Positions 26,470 through 38,077 of a stretch of 64,000 bases of DNA are shown piece after piece. The first letter of the stretch is position 1; every line of letters begins with the position of its first letter. The notes beneath the pieces were generated by a model. The model was not told the origin of the DNA, ran no database searches, and was given only the letters and a program-made list of their open reading frames with translations. The position numbers were made by a program, and so were the translations under genes. The DNA lies in contig CAWGKX010000008.1 in assembly GCA_963823285.1 (NCBI GenBank), forward strand, positions 85,851 to 149,850, in the 5' to 3' direction. This DNA is from an uncultured Bacteroidales bacterium. Lineage in GTDB: Bacteria > Bacteroidota > Bacteroidia > Bacteroidales > JAGOPY01.

Positions 26470-28560
26470 ATGATGATGGAAGTGCGGCAAAAATCGGAAA
26501 TAAGGCTGTTTTCAGGTCAAATTATATTGAAGGCATTAAAAGATGCTCTCAAAAAACTAAATCCTGCCATTCTTATTAAAAACCCGGTGATCTTCATTGT
26601 GGGCGTAGGGGCCGTTATTACCACTTATATATTTTTTTATGACCTGGCAAAGGGTGCATATTCATCTTTCAACATGCAGATTTCAGTCTGGTTGTGGTTT
26701 ACAGTTCTGTTTGCGAACTTTTCGGAAGCCATTGCCGAAGGAAGGGGAAAAGCCCAGGCTGACAGCCTGAAAAAAAGCAGGGTGGAAATGAAAGCCCGCA
26801 GGCTGGCCGGCGGAAAAGAAAATATCATCTGGGCAACAGAACTGAAGAAGGGTGACATCATATTATGTGAAGCGGGGGAAATAATCCCTGCCGACGGGGA
26901 AGTGACTGAAGGCATTGCAAGTGTCGATGAATCTGCGATCACAGGTGAATCGGCGCCTGTCGTGCGCGAAAGCGGGGGCGACCGAAGCGCGGTGACAGGG
27001 GGAACAAAGGTGATCAGTGACAGGATCGTGATCAGGGTCACTTCCGAACCGGGCAAAACCTTCCTGGACAGGATGATCGCCCTGGTGGAAGGCGCAAAGA
27101 GAAAGAAAACGCCAAACGAGATCGCACTTACGATATTATTAATAGGACTTACCATTATTTTTCTGCTGGCGGTATTTACCTTGCCAGCCTATTTCAGTTA
27201 CAGCCTGAAAGCCTCCGGGCTTCCGCAGTCACTAAACCTCACCCTGCCGGTTTTAATGGCATTGCTCGTTTGCCTTATCCCGACGACTATCGGCGGGCTT
27301 CTCAGCGCCATCGGCATAAGCGGCATGGACAGGCTGCTGCAGAAAAATGTCGTCGCTACCAGCGGCAAGGCCATTGAAGCCGCGGGAGATGTGGATGTCC
27401 TCCTGCTCGACAAGACAGGAACCATTACACTCGGAAACCGGATGGCTACTGAATTTCTACCTGCAGAAGGTGTAACTGTAGAAACCCTGGTCGATTCGGC
27501 CCAATTATCCTCATTAGCTGATGAGACTCCTGAAGGCCGCTCGATAGTAGTCCTGGCCAAAGAACAATTCAACATCCGCGGAAGGGAGCTGAATCCTGCC
27601 GATACGCATTTTATCCCGTTCACGGCACAGTCAAGGTTAAGCGGGATAGACATAAGGCAGCCTGACGGGAAGACAAGAAAGATCCGGAAAGGGGCTTATG
27701 ATACTATAAAGAAATTTGTTGAAGACAACGATGGTTTTTTCCCCACAAACGTGAAGGACATCGTCACTGACCTGGCCAGGCGGGGAGCAACCCCGCTGGT
27801 GGTAGCTGAAAATAATCATGTACTTGGGGTCATTCACCTGAAAGATATTGTCAAAGGAGGGATCAGGCAGAGATTTGCCCAGCTGAGAGAAATGGGTATC
27901 CGCACCGTCATGATCACAGGGGATAACCCGCTCACAGCTGCTGCCATTGCGGCTGAAGCAGGGGTCGATGAATTCCTGGCTGAAGCCAAACCTGAGGATA
28001 AGCTGGAAAGGATCAGGCAGGAACAGGCCAACGGGCGCCTGGTAGGAATGATCGGCGACGGCACAAATGACGCACCGGCGCTTGCACAGGCCGACGTGGG
28101 CATTGCCATGAACACCGGCACACAGGCTGCCCGCGAGGCAGGGAATATGGTCGATCTTGACAGTAACCCGACCAAGCTGATCGAGGTGGTTGAAACCGGC
28201 AAGCAACTTCTCATGACAAGGGGAGCGCTTACCACATTCAGTATTGCCAATGACGTCGCCAAATATTTCGCCATCATCCCGGCTATCGCAACTTCGCTTT
28301 ATGCAGTTTCTCCAGGTTCCGGTCCGCTTTCCGCCCTGAACATCATGCACCTGGCGACCCCGGAAAGCGCCATTCTGAGTGCCGTGATATTTAATGCCCT
28401 CATCATCATCCTGCTTATACCGCTGGCCATCAGGGGGGTCAGGTACCGCCCTCTTCCGGCCAGCACACTTCTTACCAGGAATTTACTCATATACGGATTC
28501 GGTGGCGTGATTGCCCCGTTCATAGGCATCAAGTTACTGGATATGTTGATAAATCTTTAA
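26470..28560 (+). CDS. kdpB: K+-transporting ATPase subunit B
   Basis: [31 protein letters not shown]. Confidence 0.97.
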   Translation: MMMEVRQKSEIRLFSGQIILKALKDALKKLNPAILIKNPVIFIVGVGAVITTYIFFYDLAKGAYSSFNMQISVWLWFTVLFANFSEAIAEGRGKAQADSLKKSRVEMKARRLAGGKENIIWATELKKGDIILCEAGEIIPADGEVTEGIASVDESAITGESAPVVRESGGDRSAVTGGTKVISDRIVIRVTSEPGKTFLDRMIALVEGAKRKKTPNEIALTILLIGLTIIFLLAVFTLPAYFSYSLKASGLPQSLNLTLPVLMALLVCLIPTTIGGLLSAIGISGMDRLLQKNVVATSGKAIEAAGDVDVLLLDKTGTITLGNRMATEFLPAEGVTVETLVDSAQLSSLADETPEGRSIVVLAKEQFNIRGRELNPADTHFIPFTAQSRLSGIDIRQPDGKTRKIRKGAYDTIKKFVEDNDGFFPTNVKDIVTDLARRGATPLVVAENNHVLGVIHLKDIVKGGIRQRFAQLREMGIRTVMITGDNPLTAAAIAAEAGVDEFLAEAKPEDKLERIRQEQANGRLVGMIGDGTNDAPALAQADVGIAMNTGTQAAREAGNMVDLDSNPTKLIEVVETGKQLLMTRGALTTFSIANDVAKYFAIIPAIATSLYAVSPGSGPLSALNIMHLATPESAILSAVIFNALIIILLIPLAIRGVRYRPLPASTLLTRNLLIYGFGGVIAPFIGIKLLDMLINL

Positions 28561-28567
28561 GCATAAA

Positions 28568-29143
28568 ATGAAAAAGCCGATTATAACTTCTCTTCTCATG
28601 ATCCTGTTCTTCACAGTTTTAACCGGGATAGTCTATCCGTTAATCGTTACGGGAATAGCCAGGGGATTTTTCCATAAAGAAGCGGAGGGCAGCATAATCA
28701 TGAAGAACGGCAGTATTATCGGGTCAGAGCTGATCGGACAGGAATTTGACAGTACTGCCTGTTTTTGGTCGCGGCCGTCGGCTATTGGTTACCAGCCATT
28801 GCCGTCGGGAGGATCAAACCTGTCATGGTCTGATCAAAGGCTCAGTAAACTGGTCGAAGTGAGAAAGGAATCATTTATCAGGGCGAATATGCTGAATGAT
28901 ACCACTGCTGTTCCGGCGGAGATGTTATTTGCTTCCGGCAGCGGCCTTGATCCCGACATATCGCCCAGGGCAGCTTTTTTACAGGTGGAAAGAATAGCGC
29001 AGGCAAGAAAATTTGATGAGGATCAGAAACAAAAACTGGTAAAATTAATTTCCGGCATGACCGAAAAACGTCAATTTTCTTTCTTTGGCGAGGAGAGGAT
29101 AAATGTTTTACTATTAAATTTAGAACTTGATAAGATCAGGTGA
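28568..29143 (+). CDS. kdpC: K+-transporting ATPase subunit C
   Basis: GSELIGQ, SRPSA, SGSGLDPDIS, INVLLLNL. Confidence 0.96.
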   Translation: MKKPIITSLLMILFFTVLTGIVYPLIVTGIARGFFHKEAEGSIIMKNGSIIGSELIGQEFDSTACFWSRPSAIGYQPLPSGGSNLSWSDQRLSKLVEVRKESFIRANMLNDTTAVPAEMLFASGSGLDPDISPRAAFLQVERIAQARKFDEDQKQKLVKLISGMTEKRQFSFFGEERINVLLLNLELDKIR

Positions 29144-31812
29144 ACAATGTGGAAGACAACCGGCCAAATCCCGATGAACTGCTTGCTTCGATAAAGCTTG
29201 AGGAAGAAAAAAGCAAAAAAGGCAGGCTGAAGATTTTTTTCGGCATGTGCGCCGGTGTGGGCAAAACCTACACGATGCTCAGGTCGGCCCAAACTGAAAA
29301 GGCAAAGGGCATTGATATAATAATCGGTTACGTAGAAACCCATCACCGGAAAGATACAGAGGAGCTTGTAAAAAATCTTGAGCTGCTCCCCCGGACAACC
29401 TATGAATATAAAGGCACGACCCTCCAGGAGATGGATCTCGACGCCATCCTGTTGCGCAAGCCCCAGGTTGTGCTTGTCGACGAGCTTGCCCACACTAATG
29501 CGCCCGGAAGCAGGCACCTGAAGAGATACCAGGATGTGATGGACATACTCGACAATGGAATCGATGTATATACGACCCTGAATGTACAGCATATTGAAAG
29601 CAGGTCGGACACGGTGGCACAAATCACCGGTATCGTAGTCAGGGAAACGGTTCCGGACGAGATTTTCGAGAAGGCAAACGAGATCGAGCTGGTGGATATC
29701 ACTCCCGACGATCTGCTGGCCAGGTTTGCAGAAGGCAAGGTCTATACGCCGGAACACTCGAAAGAGGCAATCCGCAACTTCTTCAGGAAAGGAAACATCA
29801 CTGCCCTGCGTGAAATGGCGCTCCGAATCGTAGCCGACGGGGTTGACATTCAGTTGAGGCAGTATATGCAATATAAACGCATCCCCGGACCATGGAAATC
29901 GGGCCTGCACCTTTTAGTGAGCATCGGGCCTAGCCCTCATTCCGGAAAACTTCTGCGATGGGCAAAAAACCTGTCTTATACGATGGGTGCTACCCTGCTG
30001 GCCTTATATGTCGAATCAACGAAAAAGCTCACTGCCGTGCAGGAGAAGCAACTGAATAAAAATATCAGCCTGGCCAGACAACTCGGCGCCGAATTCAGGA
30101 CTATTTCGGGGGATAACCTGGTGAAAGCCATCCTGAGCGTTGCACAAAAGGAGAATATCACACATATTATCATAGGGAAGCCCCGCCACCGGACGGCACT
30201 AAAATTATTTAAGCTGGGCAACCTGGTAAACAAACTGATCCGGCTGAGCGGCAATATAGATGTCTATGTCCTGGGCTCCGATTTGCCGCGGGATGACCAT
30301 TACCGGATGAATATTCCGTTGCTTTCATTTTCGTCAGGATTTTCGAAATACCTGCTGGCTGCCATCATAACCATATTAACCTCCTTAGCATGTTTTCCTT
30401 TCCGGGATATCATCGGGTACCAGGTTGTGGCTTATGTTTTACTTTTTGAAGTTTCTATGCTCGCCATTTTTCTCGGGATCGGACCTATAATGCTGTCTGC
30501 TACATTAAGCGCTTTGCTGTGGGACTATTTTTTCATTCCGCCCTCTTTCACTCTCCATATCGGAAGGGCTGAGGATGTTTTAATGCTGTTCATGTATTTT
30601 ATCATAGTCATATTGAATGGGATTTTAACTTCACGGGTGCGCCGGCAGGAAAGAATGACGAGGGAACGGGAAGAGAGGACTGGAGCGCTATACCGGCTGA
30701 CAATGGAGCTTTCATCAGCATCCGGACTGGAAGAAGTACTGGGTGTCGCCGTAAAAAACATCGAGAAATTTTTCAGGATTTCCAGCGCCATCATCCTTGG
30801 CAATCAGAAAGAGCTTGATAAAGAAGCCAGGCATAAATCTGATCTTACCCTCTCTGACTCAGAGAGGAGCATTGCATCATGGACTTTTCATCATTCAAGG
30901 AAGGCTGGAAAATTCACGGATACGCTGCCATCGACTTCTTATACATTTTATCCACTTACCGGCTCAAGGAACAATCTCGGCGTTATTGCCGTCAAACATA
31001 ACAATTCATTCAAAGGGGAGGAAGAAATATTCTGGGACACTTTCCGAACACAAATTACCAATGCCATTGAAAGAGAGCTCCTGAACGAGCTGGCCAGGAA
31101 AGCCATGATACTGGATGAATCGGATAAGCTTTATAAAACCCTTTTCAATTCCATATCGCATGAATTGCGCATACCGGTTGCAACTATAATGGGTGCTTCG
31201 GACATTTTGTTATCCTCTGAATACGACAAGCAAACCTATGACCAGCTTTTCAGGGAGATCTTCATGGCTTCGGAAAGGCTGAACCGGCTTATTGAGAATT
31301 TGCTGAATATGTCAAGGCTTGAATCGGGGCGGATAACGCCAAACATGGACTGGATCGATGTTCATGACTTATTGAACAAGGTGACGACCAGCCTTTCCCG
31401 CGAGCTCAAAAATTTCAAGGTTGAAATCGTAATGCCTGATGACATTCCCATGGTCAGGCTCGATTTTGGCCTGATGGAACAAATTCTGTATAATCTTGTC
31501 TTTAATGCCACGCAGTACGCATCTCAAAACACAACCATGAGGATAAAAATGTATTATGAGAAACCAAATTTTGTCCTGCAGGTGATGGACAGGGGCCCGG
31601 GTTTCCCAAAAGATTCAATTCCTTCCCTGTTCAATAAATTTTTCCGTTCAACTAATAATCTGGCCGGTGGCACGGGTTTGGGATTATCCATCGTTAAAGG
31701 ATTCGTTGAGGCACAGGGGGGCATGGTTGAAGCAGAAAACAGGAAAAACGGGGGTGCCACGATCACAGTAAGGATCCCATCTGAAGTCCCGGATCTGGGT
31801 AAAATACAATGA
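29140..31812 (+). CDS. kdpD: Sensor histidine kinase KdpD
   Basis: GVGKTY, LVDELAHTN, USP domain, TM block, SHELRIP. Confidence 0.95.
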   Translation: MNNVEDNRPNPDELLASIKLEEEKSKKGRLKIFFGMCAGVGKTYTMLRSAQTEKAKGIDIIIGYVETHHRKDTEELVKNLELLPRTTYEYKGTTLQEMDLDAILLRKPQVVLVDELAHTNAPGSRHLKRYQDVMDILDNGIDVYTTLNVQHIESRSDTVAQITGIVVRETVPDEIFEKANEIELVDITPDDLLARFAEGKVYTPEHSKEAIRNFFRKGNITALREMALRIVADGVDIQLRQYMQYKRIPGPWKSGLHLLVSIGPSPHSGKLLRWAKNLSYTMGATLLALYVESTKKLTAVQEKQLNKNISLARQLGAEFRTISGDNLVKAILSVAQKENITHIIIGKPRHRTALKLFKLGNLVNKLIRLSGNIDVYVLGSDLPRDDHYRMNIPLLSFSSGFSKYLLAAIITILTSLACFPFRDIIGYQVVAYVLLFEVSMLAIFLGIGPIMLSATLSALLWDYFFIPPSFTLHIGRAEDVLMLFMYFIIVILNGILTSRVRRQERMTREREERTGALYRLTMELSSASGLEEVLGVAVKNIEKFFRISSAIILGNQKELDKEARHKSDLTLSDSERSIASWTFHHSRKAGKFTDTLPSTSYTFYPLTGSRNNLGVIAVKHNNSFKGEEEIFWDTFRTQITNAIERELLNELARKAMILDESDKLYKTLFNSISHELRIPVATIMGASDILLSSEYDKQTYDQLFREIFMASERLNRLIENLLNMSRLESGRITPNMDWIDVHDLLNKVTTSLSRELKNFKVEIVMPDDIPMVRLDFGLMEQILYNLVFNATQYASQNTTMRIKMYYEKPNFVLQVMDRGPGFPKDSIPSLFNKFFRSTNNLAGGTGLGLSIVKGFVEAQGGMVEAENRKNGGATITVRIPSEVPDLGKIQ

Positions 31813-31818
31813 TAAATC

Positions 31819-32505
31819 ATGCCTGCTGAAATTTTAATATTAATTATTGATGATGAGGTGCAGATAAGGCGTCTGCTGAAAATCACCCTTGGAGTGAATG
31901 ACTTTAAGATCATTGAAGCCGGGACCGGAAAAGAAGGGATCATTATGGCGGCAACTCATAACCCGGCCCTGATCATACTGGACCTGGGCTTACCTGATGA
32001 AGACGGGCACAATGTTCTGAAAAAGCTCCGTGAATGGTACCTCAACCCTATAATCATCCTTTCGGTCAGGAACAGCGAGATGGATATCATTAATGCGCTT
32101 GACGACGGCGCCAATGATTACCTGACCAAACCATTCAGGACCGGAGAGTTGCTTGCGAGGATCAGGACGGCTCTCAGGTCGCAGAAGCAGGTAAATGAAC
32201 CGGGTGTGTTACTGACATTTCAGTCACTTTTAATTGACCTGGCCAATCACGTCGCAAGAAAAGATAATGAGATCCTGAAGCTGACCTCGACAGAATTCTC
32301 ATTACTGGCCGTAATGGCTAAAAACTCCGGAAAAGTTCTGACTCATCAGTATCTGCTGAAGGAAGTGTGGGGTCATGGATATATCGGTCAGACCCAGTAT
32401 TTAAGGGTATTTGTCGCTCAATTAAGGAAAAAGATAGAGGAAGATCCTTCGAAGCCGAAATTTATTATTACTGAGCCGGCGATAGGTTACAGGTTTTGTG
32501 AATGA
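31819..32505 (+). CDS. kdpE: Response regulator KdpE
   Basis: LDLGLPD, YLRVFVAQLRKKIE, ITEPAIGYRF. Confidence 0.93.
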   Translation: MPAEILILIIDDEVQIRRLLKITLGVNDFKIIEAGTGKEGIIMAATHNPALIILDLGLPDEDGHNVLKKLREWYLNPIIILSVRNSEMDIINALDDGANDYLTKPFRTGELLARIRTALRSQKQVNEPGVLLTFQSLLIDLANHVARKDNEILKLTSTEFSLLAVMAKNSGKVLTHQYLLKEVWGHGYIGQTQYLRVFVAQLRKKIEEDPSKPKFIITEPAIGYRFCE

Positions 32506-34019
32506 AAGGGTGGCAGTGTCGGCAGGGTTTTCAACCCTTCCGCAATCTCCCTGTTATCAGACAGGTGCGCCACTTTGTTCTGCCCGCCAAGTTTACCTGA
32601 TGAAGCCAGGTATTTTTTGAAAGCATCTTTAGGGAGCAGGATAATATGCAATGGTTCAAGGACATGGCCGGTGATCAGGTCATTATAATAGATATTTTTG
32701 CGATGCATGGCCTGGTCCAGCAGGGACGCAAAATATTGCGTCTCTGCGGCCCCCCCCGGCAACGATTCAAATTCTATCAGCCATTCGTGGTAAGGTAATC
32801 CGCCACCAGGCGGATTCACCATCGGTGCCACGGTAAATTCGTTTACCCGCAAACCCGTTGCGGCGCAAACCTCAGCCAACGCCTCTTCTACTTCAGAGGC
32901 GATCACATGTTCTCCAAATGCCGAGATAAACTGCGACACCCGGCCTGAGACGATTAACCGGTAAGGATTCAGGGATACGAACCGGACCGTGTCGCCAAGG
33001 TCATACCCCCACAGGCCTGCATTATTACTCAGCACGACTGCATAATCTTTCCCGGTTTCGACCTCCTCAAGCGGGATACGCCCCGTGAACCCGGTATTTG
33101 CTTTGCCGGCAGGAATGAATTCAAAGAATATACCGCTATTCACGTTAAGTAAAAGCCCTTCTCCCGGGCCCTGATCCTGATAAGCTAAAAATCCTTCGGA
33201 AGCGGGGTACAATTCGACGGTATCGACATGTCTTCCTATCAGCCTGTCGAAAACCTGCCGGTAGGGCTCATAATTAAGCCCTCCGTAAACCAGGAGTGAA
33301 AAATCCGGAAATATCTCACCGACAGGCTTGCCCGCACTTGCAACGAGTTTCTCAAAATACATCCTCAGCCAGGAAGGGATACCGCTTATCAGGGACATTC
33401 TTTTTTTCAGAGTTTCCTCCACGATGGCATCAACTTTTGTTTCCCAATCTTCGATACAGTTGGTCTCCCATGAAGGCATCCGGTTTCTCTGCAGGTAGGA
33501 CGGAATATGATGGGCAACAATCCCTGACAGGCGGCCTGCCGGGATGACACCTTTTTTTTCAAGTACAGGGCTGCCCTGCAGGAAAATCATGCTGTGATCG
33601 GCAAAGGCGTAATTGTTCGTACGGTCCATATACATGAACAGGGCGCTGCGGGCAGAGTTGATATGGTTCGGGATGGAGTCCCGGGTGACAGGAATATATT
33701 TTGTACCTGAAGTTGTACCGGAAGTTTTGGCAAAGTAGACAGGCAAACCGGGCCAGAGAATATTTTCCTCACCGCCGGAGATCCGCTCGATCAAAGGATG
33801 AATATCCTCATATCCGACAAGGGGAACGAGGCGTTGAAAATCCTGGTACGATCTGATTTCATCAAACCTGTGCGCTTTGCCATAAATGCAATGCTGACCG
33901 GTACTGACAAGCTTTTTGAGAACACGGTCCTGGCATTCGATGGCATGCCGTGCATCTTTTCGGACGGAAGATGCGACGACAGCCGCCAGAGGACGGCTGA
34001 GTGCGGAGCGAATGCCCAT
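32487..34019 (-). CDS. GH3 auxin-responsive promoter family acyl-adenylate-forming protein
   Basis: KTSGTTSGTKYIP, YPASEGF, YDLGD, GGQNK. Confidence 0.9.
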   Translation of the reverse strand: MGIRSALSRPLAAVVASSVRKDARHAIECQDRVLKKLVSTGQHCIYGKAHRFDEIRSYQDFQRLVPLVGYEDIHPLIERISGGEENILWPGLPVYFAKTSGTTSGTKYIPVTRDSIPNHINSARSALFMYMDRTNNYAFADHSMIFLQGSPVLEKKGVIPAGRLSGIVAHHIPSYLQRNRMPSWETNCIEDWETKVDAIVEETLKKRMSLISGIPSWLRMYFEKLVASAGKPVGEIFPDFSLLVYGGLNYEPYRQVFDRLIGRHVDTVELYPASEGFLAYQDQGPGEGLLLNVNSGIFFEFIPAGKANTGFTGRIPLEEVETGKDYAVVLSNNAGLWGYDLGDTVRFVSLNPYRLIVSGRVSQFISAFGEHVIASEVEEALAEVCAATGLRVNEFTVAPMVNPPGGGLPYHEWLIEFESLPGGAAETQYFASLLDQAMHRKNIYYNDLITGHVLEPLHIILLPKDAFKKYLASSGKLGGQNKVAHLSDNREIAEGLKTLPTLPPFHSQNL

Positions 34020-34036
34020 AAAATTAAAACGAAATA

Positions 34037-37000
34037 TTACTGAATAAAAACCTTCCTGCTCAATACAGTAGCGCCTGTCCTTATATTCAACAAATACATC
34101 CCGGACGGAAGCCGTTCAACATTCATCGTTTCAATATAATTCCCGGCACCCATTGTGCCAAGGTCAACCGACCTGACCGTCCTGCCGGTAACATCAATAA
34201 TTTCAATAGCGACCCTTTCTTTTACATTCAGGCTAAAGGTAACGTTGAAGTTTTCAATTGCCGGATTCGGATAAACATTCAATGTTGACCGATCAACCGG
34301 TGATTCGTCAATGCCGGTGGTATTGCTCAGCATCCATGCAGTTCCGTCAGCTTTAACAGCCAGCAGTCCAAATGCAGGTCCGCCATTGTTGGCGGCAGGA
34401 TCGATGAATCCTGATGCCAGAACTGTCAATGATTTTCCTTCGAGGGCCAGGTCGGCCAGCGGTGCTGCAAAGTTGCCCAGTACACTGGTACCGGCTTCAT
34501 CCGTAATATTCAGGGAATAATCAGCCGTCAGCAGTTCCACATACCCGTCGTAACCGCCATATGCCAGGTTATTGACAAGCGTTGCCCCGTTTGTACCCCA
34601 ATCGACGACGTCAATATCGGGCGCATCCGTCGCCCCGTGGAACACCAGCATATCTGTGATATTACCTGCAGAAGCCTCTTCAAGCGCTCCTTCATAGGTG
34701 TAAACATCAAACGGACGGGGAGGATTATAACCCGTTAAATATAAAATGCCGTTGGCGACGAAGATATATTTTTCATCCTCAGTCAGGTTGTAGTTCCTGG
34801 ACCAGAGCGGATTGCTCGGATCCTGGCTGTCGGGACCTTTGACGGCCAGGGTGAAATCCACCCCGGCAGGGACATCAAAAAACGGCGAGGCCGAGCGGAA
34901 AGCCAGATTATCGAACAGCAGGGTACCGTTCATCCAGACATCCATTACATCGATCGTGGTGTCGGCGGAATTGTGCACAAACTGCATCCTGGCTTTTGGA
35001 GCATATGCCGGAAACTCAAGCAGGGGACCGCCTGAAGCTTGCGCAGCCCATAATCCAAAGGCAGGTCCGTTGCTGTTAACGGCCGGGTCCAGGAATCCTG
35101 ATGAAACCACTGTTATAGCGGACCCTGCCAGGCCAAGACTTTCAAGTTCAGCCCTGAAGGTGCCCAGCAAGGTATCACCGGTCTGGTCCCTGACCTCAAG
35201 AATATAATCCAGTACCGGCAGTTCCAGATAATTGCTGAATCCGGCGTAAGCCAGGTCGTTCACGAGCAGGCCCGCACCAATCTTTATCTCATAAAGATCA
35301 ATGGCAGGAGAATCAGTTGAACCGTTATTAACTAAAATATCGGTCCTGTCAGGTAAATCCGCTGTTTCGCGTCCATTCAGATAGACAGAAATATCAAAGG
35401 GTATTAAGGGCGTGTAACCTGATGTGCCGGCAATACCTTCAGCCACCATAATATAAGTTTCCCCTTCTGTGAGTGTATAATTATGCGACCAGACCGGGTT
35501 ATACGGGTCCTGGCTGTCAGGTCCCTTTATAGCGATTGTAAATTCCTCATTTGCAGGGGCATTAATAAAAGGTGATGCCGTGCGGAATTCAAAGTTATCC
35601 AGCAACAAAGTCTGATTCAGCCATACATCGACGACTGAAAGAGACGTATCAGCAGAGTTATGAATGAGCTGGATCCTGGCCAGGGGGGCATAAACCGGCA
35701 GCTTGACGAGGGGCCCGCCCGCAGCTTGTGCCATGTAAAGGCCAAAATCAGGGCCGTTGCTGTTGTTCGCCGGGTCAAGGAAGCCGGAAGTAAGGACTGT
35801 CACGGCATCGCCCTGGAGCCCCATTGTCTCAAACGGCGCTTCATAGGCAGCAATTTTAGTTATCCCGGTTTGATCGCGCACCTGGAAAATATAATTTACG
35901 GTGGCAAGGCCGAAATACCCAGCAAACTGACTATATGCAAGGTTATCGGCGATAAGGCCTATACCGATGCCGACTTCCACCACATCTATAACCGGGGCAT
36001 CCGTTGAGCCGTGTTCAAGCAGCATATCGGTCTGACCACTGCCGTTTGCCACTTCATGTGCCTGTGGATACACCGTAACATCAAAAGGAATGGCGGGGAC
36101 ATATCCTGAATTACTTACAATGCCTTCTGCCACGAGAATATATTTTTCATCTTCAATGAAAGTATAAGTGTGCGACCAGATCGGGTTATCAGGATCCTGG
36201 CTGCCAGGTTCTTTGACGGCAAGCGTAATTTCCTGCCCTGCCGGGACATCAATGAAAGGGGAAGCCGACCGGAAGTCTAAATTATCGAGCAGAAGCGAAT
36301 CGTTGAGCCAAACGTCAATCGCGGGAATAGCGGCATCGGCAGAGTTATGGATCAGCTGCACACGTGCTTTCGGAGCATAAACGGGCAGCTCAATGAGACC
36401 TCCGCCTGAAGGTAATGCCATCCAAAGGCCAAAAGCGGCTCCGTTGCTGTTATTTGCCGGGTTAACAAAACCTGAAGTTAGCACAGTTACGGCGGAATCA
36501 CCAAGACCGAGCGTTTCAAACTGCGCTTTATAGTCTCCCAGCTTGATCGTTCCTGTTTCATCAGTGATTTCAAAGATATAATTAAGCGGGTTAAGCTCCA
36601 GGTAGTCTGAAAATCCTTCGAATTGCAGGTCATTAACCAGTTGGCCAAGCCCCACGCCAGTTTCATACAAATCTATTTTATACGGGGCATCGGTGGAGCC
36701 GTGATTCACGGTCATATCGGTCTTGTCCGGCAGACTTGCCGCTTCACGTCCATTCAGGTTAATTGTGACGCCAAAGGGTACTGCAGGATCATATCCTGAA
36801 GGGCTGATGATTCCATCTGCAACAAGGATGTAAGTTTCACCGGCAGAAAATGTATAATCTTCCTGCCATATAGGATTATCCGGGTTCGGGCTGTCAGGTC
36901 CCGTGACACTAACGGTAAACGACTGTTCAGCAGGTACATCAAAAAAAGGAGATGCCGTTCGAAAAGCAAAGTTGTCTAAGAATAAGGTTTGGTTCACCCA

Positions 37001-37813
37001 AATATCCACCACCGAAACAGCTGTATCCGGTGAATTGTGAATGATCTGTATGCGGGCAATCGGATTATACGGCAGCAGTTCGACCAGGGCACCGCCTCCC
37101 GAAGCCGAAGCCGGGGTCACCCATAAGCCAAAGTCAGGGCCATTGCTGTTATTAGCAGGGTTAAGAAAACCGGACGCCACTATTGTTATGGCTTTGCCTT
37201 TAAAGCCAAGGCTCTGGAATGAGGCACTGTAGGTCCCCATCGTGACCGTCCCCGTTTCATCACGCACCTCAAAGATGTAATCTTTTGCGGGGACTTCTGT
37301 ATACCCGGAAAATTCGGAATAGCTTAAGTTATCGACGAGCAGACCCAGTCCTACGCTTGTTTCATAGATATCTATAATCGGGGCATCGGTAGAACCATGC
37401 TCCACCAGCATGTCGGTCTTATCGTTCAGCAACGCTGTTTCACGACCGTCAGGATATACGCTGATATCAAACGGAGGAGCCGGGTCGTAGCCTGAAGTGC
37501 TGATAATGCCTTCGATCACCATTATATTTGTGTCTCCGATATTAAAGGTGTAGGTATGTGACCAGATTGGGTTGTCGGGATCCTGGCTGTCGGGTCCCTT
37601 AATGGCAATAGTAAAAGGAACCCCGGTGGTTGCATTCAAAAAAGCTGAAGCTGTCCTGAATTTGAAATTGTCGAGTAAAAGCGTCTGATCCATCCAAACA
37701 TCGACTATTTCAACGGCCGCATCGGCCGAATTGTGAATAATCTGCATACGTGCCTGGGAAAACGCAGCGCTCAATGATAAAAAAAGAAATGCAGTGAGTA
37801 AATAATTTTTCAT
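34037..37813 (-). CDS. T9SS-secreted protein with five tandem ~230-aa DUF4397-type units
   Basis: Signal peptide, 5x ARxQxxHNS.D...HGSTDAP, C-terminal VYPNP...GMYLL T9SS CTD. Confidence 0.88.
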   Translation of the reverse strand: MKNYLLTAFLFLSLSAAFSQARMQIIHNSADAAVEIVDVWMDQTLLLDNFKFRTASAFLNATTGVPFTIAIKGPDSQDPDNPIWSHTYTFNIGDTNIMVIEGIISTSGYDPAPPFDISVYPDGRETALLNDKTDMLVEHGSTDAPIIDIYETSVGLGLLVDNLSYSEFSGYTEVPAKDYIFEVRDETGTVTMGTYSASFQSLGFKGKAITIVASGFLNPANNSNGPDFGLWVTPASASGGGALVELLPYNPIARIQIIHNSPDTAVSVVDIWVNQTLFLDNFAFRTASPFFDVPAEQSFTVSVTGPDSPNPDNPIWQEDYTFSAGETYILVADGIISPSGYDPAVPFGVTINLNGREAASLPDKTDMTVNHGSTDAPYKIDLYETGVGLGQLVNDLQFEGFSDYLELNPLNYIFEITDETGTIKLGDYKAQFETLGLGDSAVTVLTSGFVNPANNSNGAAFGLWMALPSGGGLIELPVYAPKARVQLIHNSADAAIPAIDVWLNDSLLLDNLDFRSASPFIDVPAGQEITLAVKEPGSQDPDNPIWSHTYTFIEDEKYILVAEGIVSNSGYVPAIPFDVTVYPQAHEVANGSGQTDMLLEHGSTDAPVIDVVEVGIGIGLIADNLAYSQFAGYFGLATVNYIFQVRDQTGITKIAAYEAPFETMGLQGDAVTVLTSGFLDPANNSNGPDFGLYMAQAAGGPLVKLPVYAPLARIQLIHNSADTSLSVVDVWLNQTLLLDNFEFRTASPFINAPANEEFTIAIKGPDSQDPYNPVWSHNYTLTEGETYIMVAEGIAGTSGYTPLIPFDISVYLNGRETADLPDRTDILVNNGSTDSPAIDLYEIKIGAGLLVNDLAYAGFSNYLELPVLDYILEVRDQTGDTLLGTFRAELESLGLAGSAITVVSSGFLDPAVNSNGPAFGLWAAQASGGPLLEFPAYAPKARMQFVHNSADTTIDVMDVWMNGTLLFDNLAFRSASPFFDVPAGVDFTLAVKGPDSQDPSNPLWSRNYNLTEDEKYIFVANGILYLTGYNPPRPFDVYTYEGALEEASAGNITDMLVFHGATDAPDIDVVDWGTNGATLVNNLAYGGYDGYVELLTADYSLNITDEAGTSVLGNFAAPLADLALEGKSLTVLASGFIDPAANNGGPAFGLLAVKADGTAWMLSNTTGIDESPVDRSTLNVYPNPAIENFNVTFSLNVKERVAIEIIDVTGRTVRSVDLGTMGAGNYIETMNVERLPSGMYLLNIRTGATVLSRKVFIQ

Positions 37814-37979
37814 TTTCGTAAGTTTTTCAATTTTATAACAAATCTACAGTATGATCCGCAAGGATCAGGCAAAGTAATAATTAAAAATCGACCTTAACCA
37901 TAAATAATATTGCAAAATTACAGCGATAATGATTTGATGCTGCCCAGGATTTTAATTATTATTAAATTGGGCAGAGAAA

Positions 37980-38013
37980 ACCGGGTTTCCAACCCGAGGA
38001 TTGGAAACCCGGT
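37980..38013. repeat. REP-like palindrome (GGGTTTCCAACCC family)
   Basis: ACCGGGTTTCCAACCC-GA-GGATTGGAAACCCGGT. Confidence 0.7.
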
Positions 38014-38077
38014 CGGGCAGATATGAACAAGCCCTATCTTTATGCGTTAATTATAAAAATACGATAAGCCTTATTCT

